Origin: a virus
Lineage: Duplodnaviria > Caudoviricetes
IMG/VR virus record: IMGVR_UViG_2911420635_000004
Span: 1 to 64,000 of that record
Strand: one strand, 5' to 3'
DNA: 64,000 nt
Shown here: positions 1 to 10,230 of the stretch, one piece after another
Position numbering within the stretch: position 1 is the stretch's first letter
Layout: each line of letters opens with the position of its first letter
Program-made: the position numbers and the translations under genes
The notes under the pieces: generated by a model
Databases searched by the model: none
What the model saw: only the letters and a program-made list of their open reading frames with translations
What the model was told of the DNA's origin: nothing

Positions 1-1113
1 ATGAAATATGATTATTTAGTAGTAGGCTCTGGCCTTTACGGAGCCATTTTTGCACATGAAGCCAAAAGTCATGGAAAATCTGTTTTGGTTGTAGACAAGC
101 GTCCGAATATTGCGGGTAATATTTACACTGAAAATATTGAGGGTATCAATGTCCATAAATATGGAGCACATATTTTCCATACCAACAATAAAAAGGTTTG
201 GAACTATATCACGCAATTTGCGGAATTTAACCGTTTTACCAACTCGCCTGTAGCTAATTATAAGGGTGAGCTGTACTCCCTCCCATTTAATATGTATACT
301 TTCAACAAGATGTGGGGTGTTGTGACACCAGAGGAGGCTGCTGCAAAAATTGAGGAGCAACGAAAAGAGATTACTGGTGAGCCCAAAAACCTTGAAGAGC
401 AGGCTATTTCTCTCGTTGGTCGTGACATCTATGAAAAGCTCATCAAGGGATATACTGAAAAGCAGTGGGGGCGTGACTGCAAAGAGTTGCCGTCCTTTAT
501 TATCAAGCGTCTTCCAGTTCGTCTGACTTTTGATAACAATTACTTTAATGCACTTTATCAGGGCATTCCTGTTGGTGGTTATACCAAGATGATTGCTAAT
601 CTACTGGATGGTATTGAGGTTCGTTTGAACACAGACTATCTGGAAAATAAGGCTGAGTTTGATGCATTGGCTGACAAGGTTGTATACACTGGACCGATTG
701 ATGCTTACTTCGATTATAAGCTGGGTACGCTGGAATATCGTTCTGTCCGTTTTGAAACGGAAACTTTGGATAAGCCAAACTTCCAAGGTAACGCTGCGGT
801 TAATTACACCGATCGCGAGACACCGTGGACCCGCATTATTGAGCATAAATGGTTTGAGTTCGGTAAGGATGAGAACGGTAATGATCTGCCGAAGACTATC
901 ATCAGCCGCGAGTATAGTAGCGAGTGGAAACCCGGCGATGAGCCATACTACCCGGTCAACGATGCCAAGAATGGTTTACTTTATTCTGAGTATAGGAAGT
1001 TGGCAGATGCAGAAAACAAGGTGATTTTTGGCGGTCGTCTTGGCGAGTATAAGTATTACGACATGGATCAGGTCATTGCTGCTGTATTGGATAGATGTGA
1101 GATGGAATTGTAA
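1..1113 (+). CDS. glf: UDP-galactopyranose mutase
   Basis: FAD-binding VVGSGLYG, HKYGAHIFHT, YYPVN and GRLGEYKYYDMDQ motifs typical of Glf. Confidence 0.95.
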   Translation: MKYDYLVVGSGLYGAIFAHEAKSHGKSVLVVDKRPNIAGNIYTENIEGINVHKYGAHIFHTNNKKVWNYITQFAEFNRFTNSPVANYKGELYSLPFNMYTFNKMWGVVTPEEAAAKIEEQRKEITGEPKNLEEQAISLVGRDIYEKLIKGYTEKQWGRDCKELPSFIIKRLPVRLTFDNNYFNALYQGIPVGGYTKMIANLLDGIEVRLNTDYLENKAEFDALADKVVYTGPIDAYFDYKLGTLEYRSVRFETETLDKPNFQGNAAVNYTDRETPWTRIIEHKWFEFGKDENGNDLPKTIISREYSSEWKPGDEPYYPVNDAKNGLLYSEYRKLADAENKVIFGGRLGEYKYYDMDQVIAAVLDRCEMEL

Positions 1114-1114
1114 A

Positions 1115-2111
1115 ATGGAACACAATATTATAAGTAAAGAACAAAGTTATATAATTAAAGGCTTTGCAATTCTATTGATGCTTGTACATCATTTCTATAC
1201 ATTCCCAGCATGGATTATTAGTGGGGGGGTACGAGCCCAATTTAAGATTTGCATCGCTGTTTAATTCACCAACAAAGCTATGTGTTTGCATTTTTGCGTT
1301 TATAAATGGTTGGACATTCGCTTTCAAAACTGTCTCATGGAAAGAAGCACTTTTGAAAATTAAAAAGTTACTGCTGAATTATTGGTGTGTGGCAATTCCT
1401 GCATTCATTATTGCAGGGACAGTATGTGGATATTCATTATCCGCACAAACGATTCTAAAAGAACTACTGGGGTTAAGTAGCTCTGTGATGATTTTTGCAT
1501 GGTATGTTCCATTTTATTGCGTTTCCATTCTCGTAATGGTTCCTTTGCAAAAACTCATGAGCAGGAATGTAGGAATTGGAGTAGTGTTTGGTGTAATACT
1601 CCCAATTGCAGTCTTTGCAATTTTGAAAAAAATGCCGTTAAGTAGCGAGATTGGAATATTATTTAATAACCTAAAACATTGGTTCCCGTGTGTCTCAGTC
1701 GGTTTTATGAGCTATAAATATAACCTGCTAGGAAAAATTGATGGTTACCTAGAAAACGTGAATAAGAATATTGTGTCAATTCTCCTGATTGTATTATGCT
1801 TTGTTGGACGGTACTTTGTTTCGGCGTTGGATTTTGCTTACTGCCTGTTTCTTACATATGCAATCATTAATCTCAAAATTAATGAGAAGTCGATTGCTGG
1901 AAGATTTATAGATTTGTGCGGAAGAAATTCATCTAATATGTGGTTCTTACATTGTCTGTATTTTGCGGAAGCAACGCGGAACACTATTCAACCTTTGGCG
2001 TTCTTTGCAAGGAATCCAATTTTAATTTATATTGTTGCAGTTTTTGAATTGATTGTATTGTCGGAAATAATAGATGCAATTAAGTCAAAAGTTACATCGA
2101 AAATACTTTGA
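1115..2111 (+). pseudogene. Acyltransferase family 3 (polysaccharide O-acetyltransferase), frameshifted at a G7 tract
   Basis: ATG 1115 gives MEHNIISKEQSYIIKGFAILLMLVHHF (AT3-type N-terminal motif), stopping at 1264; the hydrophobic remainder is in the 1182-2111 frame; G6 instead of G7 at 1223-1229 fuses them (WIISGGYEPNL). Confidence 0.75.
1223..1229 (+). repeat. Poly-G7 homopolymer at the frameshift junction
   Basis: Sequence agtGGGGGGGtac in otherwise AT-rich DNA. Confidence 0.9.
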
Positions 2112-2146
2112 AGATTATTATAGTAAAACATAGAGGAAAAGAAAAA

Positions 2147-3049
2147 ATGAACACGACATTACTTATCATGGCGGCCGGAATCGGCAGCCGATTTGGAACA
2201 GGAATAAAACAGTTGGAGCCAGTCGATGATGCAAACCATATCATCATGGACTACTCAATCCATGATGCGATTGAGGCTGGCTTCAATCATGTGGTATTTA
2301 TCATCCGTAAGGATATTGAGAAGGAGTTCAAAGAGGTCATCGGTGATCGTATTGCCTCTATTTGCTCATCTCATAATGTAACTGTGGACTATGCGTTCCA
2401 GGATATTAACGATATCCCGGGAACTCTGCCGGAAGGTCGTACTAAGCCATGGGGAACCGGTCAGGCCGTGCTGGCAGCGAAGAAAGTCATCAAGACCCCG
2501 TTCATCGTGATCAATGCAGATGATTACTATGGCAAGGAAGGCTTTAAGGCTGTCCATGAGTATCTGGTGAATGGTGGCAAGTCCTGCATGGCAGGCTTTG
2601 TGCTGAAGAACACTCTGTCCGATAACGGCGGCGTAACTCGCGGTATCTGCAAGATGGATGAGAATGGAAACTTGACTGAGGTTGTGGAAACCAAGAACAT
2701 CGTAAAGACTGCAGATGGAGCAGAGGCAGACGGTGTGGTTGTTGATGTGAATTCTCTGGTTTCCATGAATATGTGGGGCTTGACTCCTGATTTTCTGGAT
2801 GTGCTGGAAAATGGCTTCAAAGAGTTTTTCGAGAAAGAAGTACCGAGCAATCCTCAGAAAGCCGAGTATCTGATCCCAATCTTCATCGGTGAGCTGCTGG
2901 AGCAGGGAAAGATGTCCGTAAAGGTCCTGAAGACCAACGACATCTGGTACGGCATGACCTACCATGAGGATGTTGCAGCGGTAAAGGACAGCTTCAAGGA
3001 GATGCTGGAGAACGGTGTGTATAAGGCTGATTTATTTACAGACTTGTGA
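2147..3049 (+). CDS. Sugar-phosphate nucleotidyltransferase (NTP_transferase family)
   Basis: IMAAGIGSRFG, KPWGTGQAV and INADDYYG motifs; start moved to ATG 2147. Confidence 0.85.
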   Translation: MNTTLLIMAAGIGSRFGTGIKQLEPVDDANHIIMDYSIHDAIEAGFNHVVFIIRKDIEKEFKEVIGDRIASICSSHNVTVDYAFQDINDIPGTLPEGRTKPWGTGQAVLAAKKVIKTPFIVINADDYYGKEGFKAVHEYLVNGGKSCMAGFVLKNTLSDNGGVTRGICKMDENGNLTEVVETKNIVKTADGAEADGVVVDVNSLVSMNMWGLTPDFLDVLENGFKEFFEKEVPSNPQKAEYLIPIFIGELLEQGKMSVKVLKTNDIWYGMTYHEDVAAVKDSFKEMLENGVYKADLFTDL

Positions 3050-3180
3050 TGTAATGGGAGCGGTAGCTTCCTACGCTGCTCGTAATAATCACACACCTCT
3101 CCGTGGTGAGCAGCAGGCAACGATCTTATGATCGGCGAAGATGTGAGAAAAGAAATCTGTTAGATTGGAGGGATTTCGTA

Positions 3181-4113
3181 ATGACAAGTCTTGAAATGAG
3201 AAATTTGATTTTTGAAGCTCTTGCAGAAAAAAATCCAGAAAAGACTCCTTGGAAAAAGACATTTGAAATGTACGGCTATAGGGGAACTGTTTCAGCTCTG
3301 CGAGCATTAGTCGAGTATATCGGCATTGAACATGGCGTGATAGAAAAAGTGGTAGAAATTCCGACAATGGCATGGGGAGTTCCGGGTGAATATCCATATT
3401 ATCTGAGCAATACAAATTTAGATAATGATAATCTGGATTTGTTTAATGAAGAAGTTCATTTGATGACATATCATAATATTTTATCTCCTGGTGCAATTGG
3501 TGGTTACGGAGATAGCCTTCCATATTTTCATGTTACGAAATATGGATTGAAATGTATAGAAGAACGCGATATTTTTCCATATGACCCAGATGCCTATATG
3601 CAGAAGATTTCTTCGATTTCATCTATTGATGAATGGGAAAAATTCTATATTGAACAAAGTTTAAAATGCTATAATGCAGATGCGTTTGAATCAGCACTTA
3701 TTATGCTTGGATTGGCTGGTGAGTATTTGGCAACGCAACTTATAGAAAAAATGGAAAGCTTTCTTGCTAATAAAGAACCGACATTACAAGCAACTTATGT
3801 AAATGCTTTACAGGGGAAGAATGTGGTTTCGCAGCGGTATGCGGAATATGAAAACATATTGCTAGAAGTTCTTAAGTTGAAAGATGCGACTACAAATCAG
3901 ATTAAATATCCGACATTGAAGGGTTTGTCGCCTTCGCTTGATAATGCGGCAAAGGCAATATATGCTACATATTTAAGATTAACTCGCAATGAACTGGCAC
4001 ACCCGTCTGGATTAAAAGTAGACAGAGTGCAATGCCTTTCTTTGATGACAAGCTATATCAAATACTGTGAGACACAGCATAAATATTTGGATTTTTATAC
4101 TGCGAATTCATGA
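3181..4113 (+). CDS. Hypothetical protein with candidate C-terminal HEPN motif
   Basis: Low-GC ORF; helical C-terminal region with RNELAH (Rx4H); start likely MTSLEM at 3181. Confidence 0.55.
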   Translation: MTSLEMRNLIFEALAEKNPEKTPWKKTFEMYGYRGTVSALRALVEYIGIEHGVIEKVVEIPTMAWGVPGEYPYYLSNTNLDNDNLDLFNEEVHLMTYHNILSPGAIGGYGDSLPYFHVTKYGLKCIEERDIFPYDPDAYMQKISSISSIDEWEKFYIEQSLKCYNADAFESALIMLGLAGEYLATQLIEKMESFLANKEPTLQATYVNALQGKNVVSQRYAEYENILLEVLKLKDATTNQIKYPTLKGLSPSLDNAAKAIYATYLRLTRNELAHPSGLKVDRVQCLSLMTSYIKYCETQHKYLDFYTANS

Positions 4114-4177
4114 TATTGCCCTCACCCAAACACAGTATTATACTTAAACCACTATAAAAGGAAAGAGGTTATCACCT

Positions 4178-4507
4178 ATGCCCAGAACAAAAGGCAGCAA
4201 AAACCGTCCCAAAACTACCCGTACCGACTACGCATCTCAGATCGCGGAGAAGCAGGAATCTATCACTTCCCTGACTGCTGAGATTTCATCCATCACCGCA
4301 AACATTGACACTTTGAAGGCTGATCTGAAAGAGAAGAAGACTGCTCTAAAGAAGGCCGAAAAAGAAGTGGCATCTCTGGAAGCGAAGAAGGTAAAGGCAG
4401 ATGCTAAGGCCGCTGAAGAAGCAAAGAAGGCTGAAGCCGAGAGTGTGGTTAAGAGATTATTAGCCAGTGGTATGAGCGCGGACGAGATTCTGGAAAAGCT
4501 GAAATAA
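4178..4507 (+). CDS. Small basic coiled-coil protein with AT-hook-like N-terminus
   Basis: MPRTKGSKNRPK followed by Ala/Lys/Glu heptad-rich helix; RBS gaggt upstream. Confidence 0.7.
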   Translation: MPRTKGSKNRPKTTRTDYASQIAEKQESITSLTAEISSITANIDTLKADLKEKKTALKKAEKEVASLEAKKVKADAKAAEEAKKAEAESVVKRLLASGMSADEILEKLK

Positions 4508-4645
4508 AATAACCCAAGAAAAAATGATATGCCGTGTGGACAAACTGCACTCCAGGAGTTCACACGGTATTATTTGAGAGTTGACATATAGGTTATAACG
4601 GAAATAAAAGAAGAACAAAATTTAAAGAAATGGAGCGTGAGAAAA

Positions 4646-5029
4646 ATGAATTTATCAAAAGTACATCATATTGCAATTATCGTATCTGACTACGAAGCCA
4701 CAAAGGATTTCTATGTGAGCAAGTTGGGATTCTCTGTCATCAGAGAGAACTATCGCCCGGAGCGTAAAGACTGGAAGCTAGATCTGCGTGTCAATGAATA
4801 CACAGAGCTGGAGATTTTCGCTGAGGAAAACCCTCCGAAGCGTGTGAACCGCCCGGAAGCATGTGGGCTGCGGCATCTTGCTTTCTGTGTAGACAGTGTG
4901 GAGCAGATAGTGAAAGAACTGGCAGAGGTTGGGATTGAATGTGAGCCAATCCGTGTTGACGATTATACTGGCAAGAAGATGACTTTCTTCCATGACCCGG
5001 ATGGACTGCCGCTGGAGCTGCACGAATGA
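4646..5029 (+). CDS. VOC/glyoxalase family protein (YwkD-like)
   Basis: VHHIAIIVSD, GLRHLAF and FFHDPDGLPLELHE motifs. Confidence 0.9.
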   Translation: MNLSKVHHIAIIVSDYEATKDFYVSKLGFSVIRENYRPERKDWKLDLRVNEYTELEIFAEENPPKRVNRPEACGLRHLAFCVDSVEQIVKELAEVGIECEPIRVDDYTGKKMTFFHDPDGLPLELHE

Positions 5030-5844
5030 TTATGGGAGAGAAAAGAGCTTATAAATCCCGGAAGCCCGGCGGTGGTCGGAAGAAGCTGAAGCCGGAGTAC
5101 GATGCCGGGAAGAACCTGAAAGAGCAGATGGAAAGTGCTGTGGCGCTTTATGATTCTGAGATGTCCCTCCAGTCCATCGCAGATGCGTTGGCTCTAAACC
5201 CCATCAAGGTACGGAAACTGCTCATCACGGCTGGTGTGTATGAATCTGAAGTGGCGGAGAAAGTAAAAAACACTTTTGAAGAATACCGAAAAACACAAGA
5301 CTACAAAACTGCCATCCTCTCAACATCCTCTACTCTTCAACTCTCCAAAGCCTCCGTTACCTCGTATTTGCCATATCAGAAAGGCGTGTACTTCCCAAGT
5401 ACAGAAAAGGAGAAGATCAGTGTTGGGGCAGAGCGGCAGCGGAGATACAGAGCAATGAAGCGATGGAGGGCTAATCCGACAGAAGAAAACTTCTGGAGCG
5501 TGGTTGTGTCCTATGCCGGGGTAGGATTTAAAACCTACTCTGGTTTGCTATTTTCTTACGAAATTAAAAAAGGCAGGAACGGCGAGTACACGAAACAGCT
5601 GTGGATCGACCGCCGGGAGAAGAGTAAAAGTCTGGCGTGGAGTTCTATTGTTTTGGCTCTGGGAAATATTAAAGGGGAAGTAGTAGACGGCCCCAAAGCT
5701 CTGGGCGATATCCGGGGCGTAACTTACATCTACGGGATGTTCTATCGGTTCGGCTTGATTGATGTGCCGGATGAAGTGAAGGAGAAGATGGGACATCCGA
5801 AAAACCGCAAAAAATATGTTGCTATGTGCAAAAGTCTACGGTAA
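5026..5844 (+). CDS. Hypothetical protein with HTH-like segment
   Basis: SLQSIADALALNPIKVRKLL HTH-like pattern; overlaps the upstream stop (ATGA). Confidence 0.6.
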   Translation: MIMGEKRAYKSRKPGGGRKKLKPEYDAGKNLKEQMESAVALYDSEMSLQSIADALALNPIKVRKLLITAGVYESEVAEKVKNTFEEYRKTQDYKTAILSTSSTLQLSKASVTSYLPYQKGVYFPSTEKEKISVGAERQRRYRAMKRWRANPTEENFWSVVVSYAGVGFKTYSGLLFSYEIKKGRNGEYTKQLWIDRREKSKSLAWSSIVLALGNIKGEVVDGPKALGDIRGVTYIYGMFYRFGLIDVPDEVKEKMGHPKNRKKYVAMCKSLR

Positions 5845-5904
5845 TATGTGCCGTAACTGAGGATGTGAATCTCAGTTGGGAAGGATGGTAGCATTATAGA
5901 AAAA

Positions 5905-6252
5905 TTGAAGGAGATGCTGGATGAGTATTTGAAGAAAACGAAACCAGAGTATTATCCACCAGTGGAGAATCTGCTGGATCTGATCTACGAACATTATACA
6001 GAGAACAACCCAGTAGAGAAAAACACAGTTGCCGGGAAAGCCGCAAAGACCAAGGAAAAAGAACTGGAAGAGTGGCTGCGAGGACTGGAAGGAATGGATA
6101 GGCTCGTAGATGATTACGTCGGAGAAAAGATTCCACTCTGGGAGAAGATCATGGGCCGGCAGGGAACGGTGTGCTGTGCATGGGAGAAGACCGCTTTTGA
6201 GGAAGGTCTGAAAGTCGGGATACGACTCATGATGGAAGTGTGTAGTTTGTGA
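5905..6252 (+). CDS. Hypothetical protein
   Basis: 115-aa ORF with host-like codon usage. Confidence 0.55.
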   Translation: MKEMLDEYLKKTKPEYYPPVENLLDLIYEHYTENNPVEKNTVAGKAAKTKEKELEEWLRGLEGMDRLVDDYVGEKIPLWEKIMGRQGTVCCAWEKTAFEEGLKVGIRLMMEVCSL

Positions 6253-6279
6253 CGGAAATAAAATGAACTCCTAGAGTTC

Positions 6280-6309
6280 AAAAAAGCCCTCGCTTGTTAC
6301 GGCGAGGGC
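6280..6309 (-). terminator. Intrinsic terminator
   Basis: GCCCTCGC/GCGAGGGC stem with A6 on the + strand (U-tract on -), just after the 6318-6509 gene. Confidence 0.7.
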
Positions 6310-6317
6310 GTGTGTTC

Positions 6318-6509
6318 TTATTCTTCGTTTTTTTCAGCTTTTTTCTTTTTAGGTGCAATTTTGTGACCGGAGTAGATTGCCATGCCCATGCAGACCAGAG
6401 TGCCACAAGCGAAATACTTGTGAGCCTGCATCAGTTTCTTGCAGCCCGTGTAGAAGCATCCTGCCATGCAGGCAAGTGCGCCGAGTGACCAATATTTATG
6501 TGCTTTCAT
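6318..6509 (-). CDS. Small membrane protein with internal tandem repeat
   Basis: Two AHKY-hydrophobic-Y(T/S)G units; RBS ggagg upstream; basic tail. Confidence 0.7.
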   Translation of the reverse strand: MKAHKYWSLGALACMAGCFYTGCKKLMQAHKYFACGTLVCMGMAIYSGHKIAPKKKKAEKNEE

Positions 6510-6681
6510 TTTGTGTCCTCCTTATCTTCTTTCCGTATTCTAAGCAATTCTGCTATTTCCGTTTTACTCGCCGGCCGTACTGCCTTTTTATTATCGTGTG
6601 CTACCGCTCCACAGTCAGGACAACGGTCTGGAAGCTCTCCAGCTTCAAAGCAGTAATGGCAGGCATCGCAAAAGTAGTAGT

Positions 6682-7134
6682 TCAAGTCATATTCACCCCA
6701 ATCTCTAAGATATCCTCAAATGCAATAATGGTCGGCAGCTCTTTGCCGGTATCATTTATAAATCCTGTGTAAATTCGTAGTTCTTTAGTTATCGCATCCA
6801 CAGCATCCAGTATTCCGGCTATATTCTCATAGTAGCCGTCCGTGAAATATTTTATTGTGAGCTCTTGTCCTTTTCGAAGCTGGCTGATCTTTTGGCTCAG
6901 AGCTTGCTTGCCTTCTTCAGACAGCTCGATTCTGTTTCCTTTGAGATGATCTCTGCCTTCAGAAGCAATCTCATCCTCATAGCCTCGTAAGGCGGCAAAA
7001 GGAGAGAAGATTTTAGCGCGATTTGACATCGGCATCCGGGGATGATTATGTGGCGGCTCCGGGCGGGAAGCATGGAGTATTTTGCCATACTTACTTTGGA
7101 CGGATCTGCCTTCCGGTGTGTTCTTGTAGTCCAT
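6682..7134 (-). CDS. YolD-like protein (partner of Y-family polymerase)
   Basis: MSNRAKIFSPFAALRGYEDEI motif, directly downstream of the UmuC-like gene. Confidence 0.8.
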   Translation of the reverse strand: MDYKNTPEGRSVQSKYGKILHASRPEPPHNHPRMPMSNRAKIFSPFAALRGYEDEIASEGRDHLKGNRIELSEEGKQALSQKISQLRKGQELTIKYFTDGYYENIAGILDAVDAITKELRIYTGFINDTGKELPTIIAFEDILEIGVNMT

Positions 7135-7146
7135 GTTCTCCCCCCC

Positions 7147-8619
7147 TCACTTGGCCTTGTGGCCGCCTATCTGTTGATTTCTTTCTCTCATCGTAGCGCC
7201 GTCCAGATAGTTGGTTCCTTTTAGTACAGCGTTCTTGCCGAACTTCTTCTTGAGACCCAGCATCGCATTCTGTAGCTTTTTCTCTTTTTCCAGTTTGGTT
7301 GTGTCCGTGAATAGGTCAACTTGGAAGAATCCCTCATCTTTGACCACACGGTTGGCGGCTATTGTGATCCGTCTTACCGTCAGGGTTTTATCCGCTATTC
7401 TCTCAAACAGCTCAGTTGTGGCAGAGATCAGGATGCTTCCGAGGTTGGTCGGATTATCCAGTTTTGTGCTGCCATGAGCACCCTTCGGAACAGTGCGGCC
7501 ATAGTGGTCGATATGCACCGGACCTCTGTACTTTCCGCTGTCACAGTTTTCACGGTCATAGCACACATCCAGTGTCAGGCTGTCCGTAACCAGTCCTTTA
7601 TCTGTTAATTGTAATACTAAGCTGTCAGCCATCTCCATGACAATGATTCTGGCTTTGTCATATGGGTAAGGGCAGGAGAGTACCTGTCCCTCGGAGATAC
7701 TGTTGGTGCTGGGGCGGTAGGCTTTGATTTCTTTCATGCCGCAGGGTTCCAGACCCCAAGCATGATCAATCAGAAGTTCAGCATCAACACCGAATTCCTT
7801 ATATAAGATATTCTGATTGACGGTGCTGAAATAGGCCAGCTCGCCCATCGTATGGATGCCGTGCTTTTCTAGCCGTTTGACGGTGCCGGGACCAGTCATC
7901 CAGAAGTCTGTGAGCGGCTTGTGATCCCAGAGAAGATAGCGGAAGCTCTCTTCATCCAGTTCAGCGATGCGGACTCCGTCCTTGTCAGGCGCAGCGTGTT
8001 TGGCAGTGATGTCCATTGCCAGCTTCGCCAGATATAGATTGGTACCAATCCCGGCGGTGGCAGTGATGCCAGTCGTATAAAGCACTTCCCGGATCATTGT
8101 CATGGCAAGGTCGTGTGCTGTCATATTATAGTGGGACAGGTACGAGGTGGCATCGATGAACACCTCGTCGATGGAATATACCACAATATCCTCTGGTGCG
8201 ATGTATTTCAGATAGATGCCATAAATCTGCCGCGACACTTTTTCATAATATGCCATCCGGGGCGGCGCAACAAGGTAAGAGAGTTCGAGTGACGGGTCGG
8301 CGGCAAGCGATAAGGAATCATAGGAAGCAGAGGAGAAGGATGGCTTACCGTCCTTATACACAGCTTTTCTTAATCGTACCGCTTCCCTTAACCGATTCGC
8401 ATTGACCTCTTTGACCTTCTGCACGACCTCGAATAGTCTGGCACGCCCCGGAATGCCATAGGCTTTCAGGGAAGGGGATACAGCGAGGCAGATGGTTTTC
8501 TCAGTTCGGGAGGAATCTGCCACGACCAAATTTGTGGTAAGCGGGTCGAGGTGTCGAGCGGCGCATTCCGCACTCGCGTAATAGCTTTTAAGATCTATCG
8601 CAAGGTATGTGCGTTGCAT
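7147..8619 (-). CDS. Y-family (UmuC/ImpB-like) translesion DNA polymerase
   Basis: YLAIDLKSYYASAEC, YSIDEVFID, GIGTNLYLAKLA motifs; C-terminal KKKFGKNAV. Confidence 0.92.
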   Translation of the reverse strand: MQRTYLAIDLKSYYASAECAARHLDPLTTNLVVADSSRTEKTICLAVSPSLKAYGIPGRARLFEVVQKVKEVNANRLREAVRLRKAVYKDGKPSFSSASYDSLSLAADPSLELSYLVAPPRMAYYEKVSRQIYGIYLKYIAPEDIVVYSIDEVFIDATSYLSHYNMTAHDLAMTMIREVLYTTGITATAGIGTNLYLAKLAMDITAKHAAPDKDGVRIAELDEESFRYLLWDHKPLTDFWMTGPGTVKRLEKHGIHTMGELAYFSTVNQNILYKEFGVDAELLIDHAWGLEPCGMKEIKAYRPSTNSISEGQVLSCPYPYDKARIIVMEMADSLVLQLTDKGLVTDSLTLDVCYDRENCDSGKYRGPVHIDHYGRTVPKGAHGSTKLDNPTNLGSILISATTELFERIADKTLTVRRITIAANRVVKDEGFFQVDLFTDTTKLEKEKKLQNAMLGLKKKFGKNAVLKGTNYLDGATMRERNQQIGGHKAK

Positions 8620-8663
8620 CGTGCAATTACCTCCTTTCCGACTGTGTCCTTGTTATATTGCTG

Positions 8664-8936
8664 TTAATGTCCAGATCTCTCAACGAACCATCGGCCTAAC
8701 CGTCCATTGAAGCGTGAATCCAGGTGCTCAAAGAACAGGTGCTTCTCCTGCCCCTGAATGAGTACGGTGAAGCAGTCACCGGAATAACCGTTGTCAGCAG
8801 TCCCGGCGGGGCGGAAGTCGCGCACTGTTTCGATTGGGAAGGTACGTCCATCCGACCAGGTAATCGATGTCGGCTGCATATAGCCGGTAGAATCAAAGTC
8901 GGAGGATACCTTTACATAGACTCGTTCTTTTGTCAT
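8664..8936 (-). CDS. Small conserved protein of the mutagenesis operon
   Basis: 90-aa ORF between immA-like and umuC-like genes; RBS ggaggtga. Confidence 0.65.
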   Translation of the reverse strand: MTKERVYVKVSSDFDSTGYMQPTSITWSDGRTFPIETVRDFRPAGTADNGYSGDCFTVLIQGQEKHLFFEHLDSRFNGRLGRWFVERSGH

Positions 8937-8954
8937 AAGCAGTCACCTCCATGT

Positions 8955-9647
8955 TTAATCGTAGCACTTAGAGCAATTCTTCATGGAATCCTTCAGAAAG
9001 TTGCTCTGAAGCTCCGGCACAGCGGGAAGCTGGTATCCTTTTGCAATAAGAATGTTCAGTTTAAAATCAACAAAGTTTTTTTCGATTCCAGCCACCTGTG
9101 CGATCTCCTCAAGGGTGGCGAATCCTGTATGCGTGTATTGAAAGTCCTGCAGAAGCTCGTGGTATTTCAAGGCACGGTATGTGCTGGAGCAGTGGGTTGG
9201 CAGAGAAGCCTCCATCTGAAGCCTGTCGGCATTGAATTCATAGAAGCCGATTGGTTTCAGCACATCATCATCTGACAACAGCAGTTCAGCAGCAAACGTA
9301 TTCGCTCTGCGTTCTGCTTTTGCATTGCTGAGACTATAAAAATATGTATCTTGGAAAGCCTGACCGGATGCCGCATGTTTCCGGTCGAAAATGGCGTGCC
9401 CAAGTTCGTGAGCCAGTGCGGATCTGCGTTGTTGCTTTGAGCAGTTTGGATTGATGCCGATGTATTCGCAATTTAGAAGAACCGTGTAAAACCCAAGGAG
9501 CTCTTCGCAGAACCGGATGTCTTTAATTTTAATGGTGCGCTGGGCAATGATAGCTTCTGGGTCATTGCTCTTGTATCGGCGGCTTACAGCGTCGGCGGCA
9601 GTAATAGCAAAGTTGTCCAACAGCGACTCCTTTCCCCTGTAAGTCAA
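8955..9647 (-). CDS. ImmA/IrrE-family metallopeptidase (anti-repressor)
   Basis: LAHELGH zinc motif and downstream ERRANTFAAELL. Confidence 0.88.
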   Translation of the reverse strand: MTYRGKESLLDNFAITAADAVSRRYKSNDPEAIIAQRTIKIKDIRFCEELLGFYTVLLNCEYIGINPNCSKQQRRSALAHELGHAIFDRKHAASGQAFQDTYFYSLSNAKAERRANTFAAELLLSDDDVLKPIGFYEFNADRLQMEASLPTHCSSTYRALKYHELLQDFQYTHTGFATLEEIAQVAGIEKNFVDFKLNILIAKGYQLPAVPELQSNFLKDSMKNCSKCYD

Positions 9648-10142
9648 TTACAGATATTTTTTAGGAGTAAACTTTTTTGCCTCTTCTTTTGCGTCAAGGA
9701 AGAGGGCTTCCATTTCTTTAATAAAATTAGCCTGATCTTCTTCGGACAGCTCGCCGCCTGCAAAAAGGGCAGAGGTCTGTTCTTTTATTTTCTTTGCCTG
9801 CGCTACACCGCGGGAGCCATACTTCTTACGGACGTCAGCGTAGAATTGGTCATCGCTGAGTTCCTTCTGGAAAGTGGCATCATCCATAAAGTAGTCGGTC
9901 GTGACACCAAGAGCAGCGGCAATCTTCTGGATTGCGTCCACACTTGGTTCGCGCTCGCCGGCTTCGATATAGCGGATGGCACGATCAGACATGGATGCTC
10001 GTCTGGAGAGTTCGGCCATGCTCATACCTTGTGCGGTTCGCAGAGCTTTGATCTTTTCACCGTTGGTCGCATTCGGTGTAAGTGCGGTGGCTGCTTCAGC
10101 CCGGACATCCTGTGTGTCTAGTAAGTTCGTATCTTTTTTCAT
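9648..10142 (-). CDS. XRE-family HTH repressor (ImmR-like)
   Basis: IKALRTAQGMSMAELSRRASMSDRAIRYIEAGEREPS; start set at MKKDTN after ggagg RBS. Confidence 0.88.
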   Translation of the reverse strand: MKKDTNLLDTQDVRAEAATALTPNATNGEKIKALRTAQGMSMAELSRRASMSDRAIRYIEAGEREPSVDAIQKIAAALGVTTDYFMDDATFQKELSDDQFYADVRKKYGSRGVAQAKKIKEQTSALFAGGELSEEDQANFIKEMEALFLDAKEEAKKFTPKKYL

Positions 10143-10230
10143 GTCATGCCTCCATGTGGGATATTTTGCTGTTTCTTGCCGGAAGGGAAAGTTGCCGGTG
10201 AGAAGCAGCAATTTTTTTTGTAAAGCCTAC

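Noticed and set aside
3050-6700. Prophage attL / integrase at the left end
   Set aside because: No recombinase ORF or identifiable att core in the window; the boundary cannot be fixed without the right end or an empty-site allele
7147-8619. Calling the Y-family gene a DNA methylase or host dinB
   Set aside because: It has polymerase motifs, no MTase motifs, and sits with a YolD-like partner in a mobile operon
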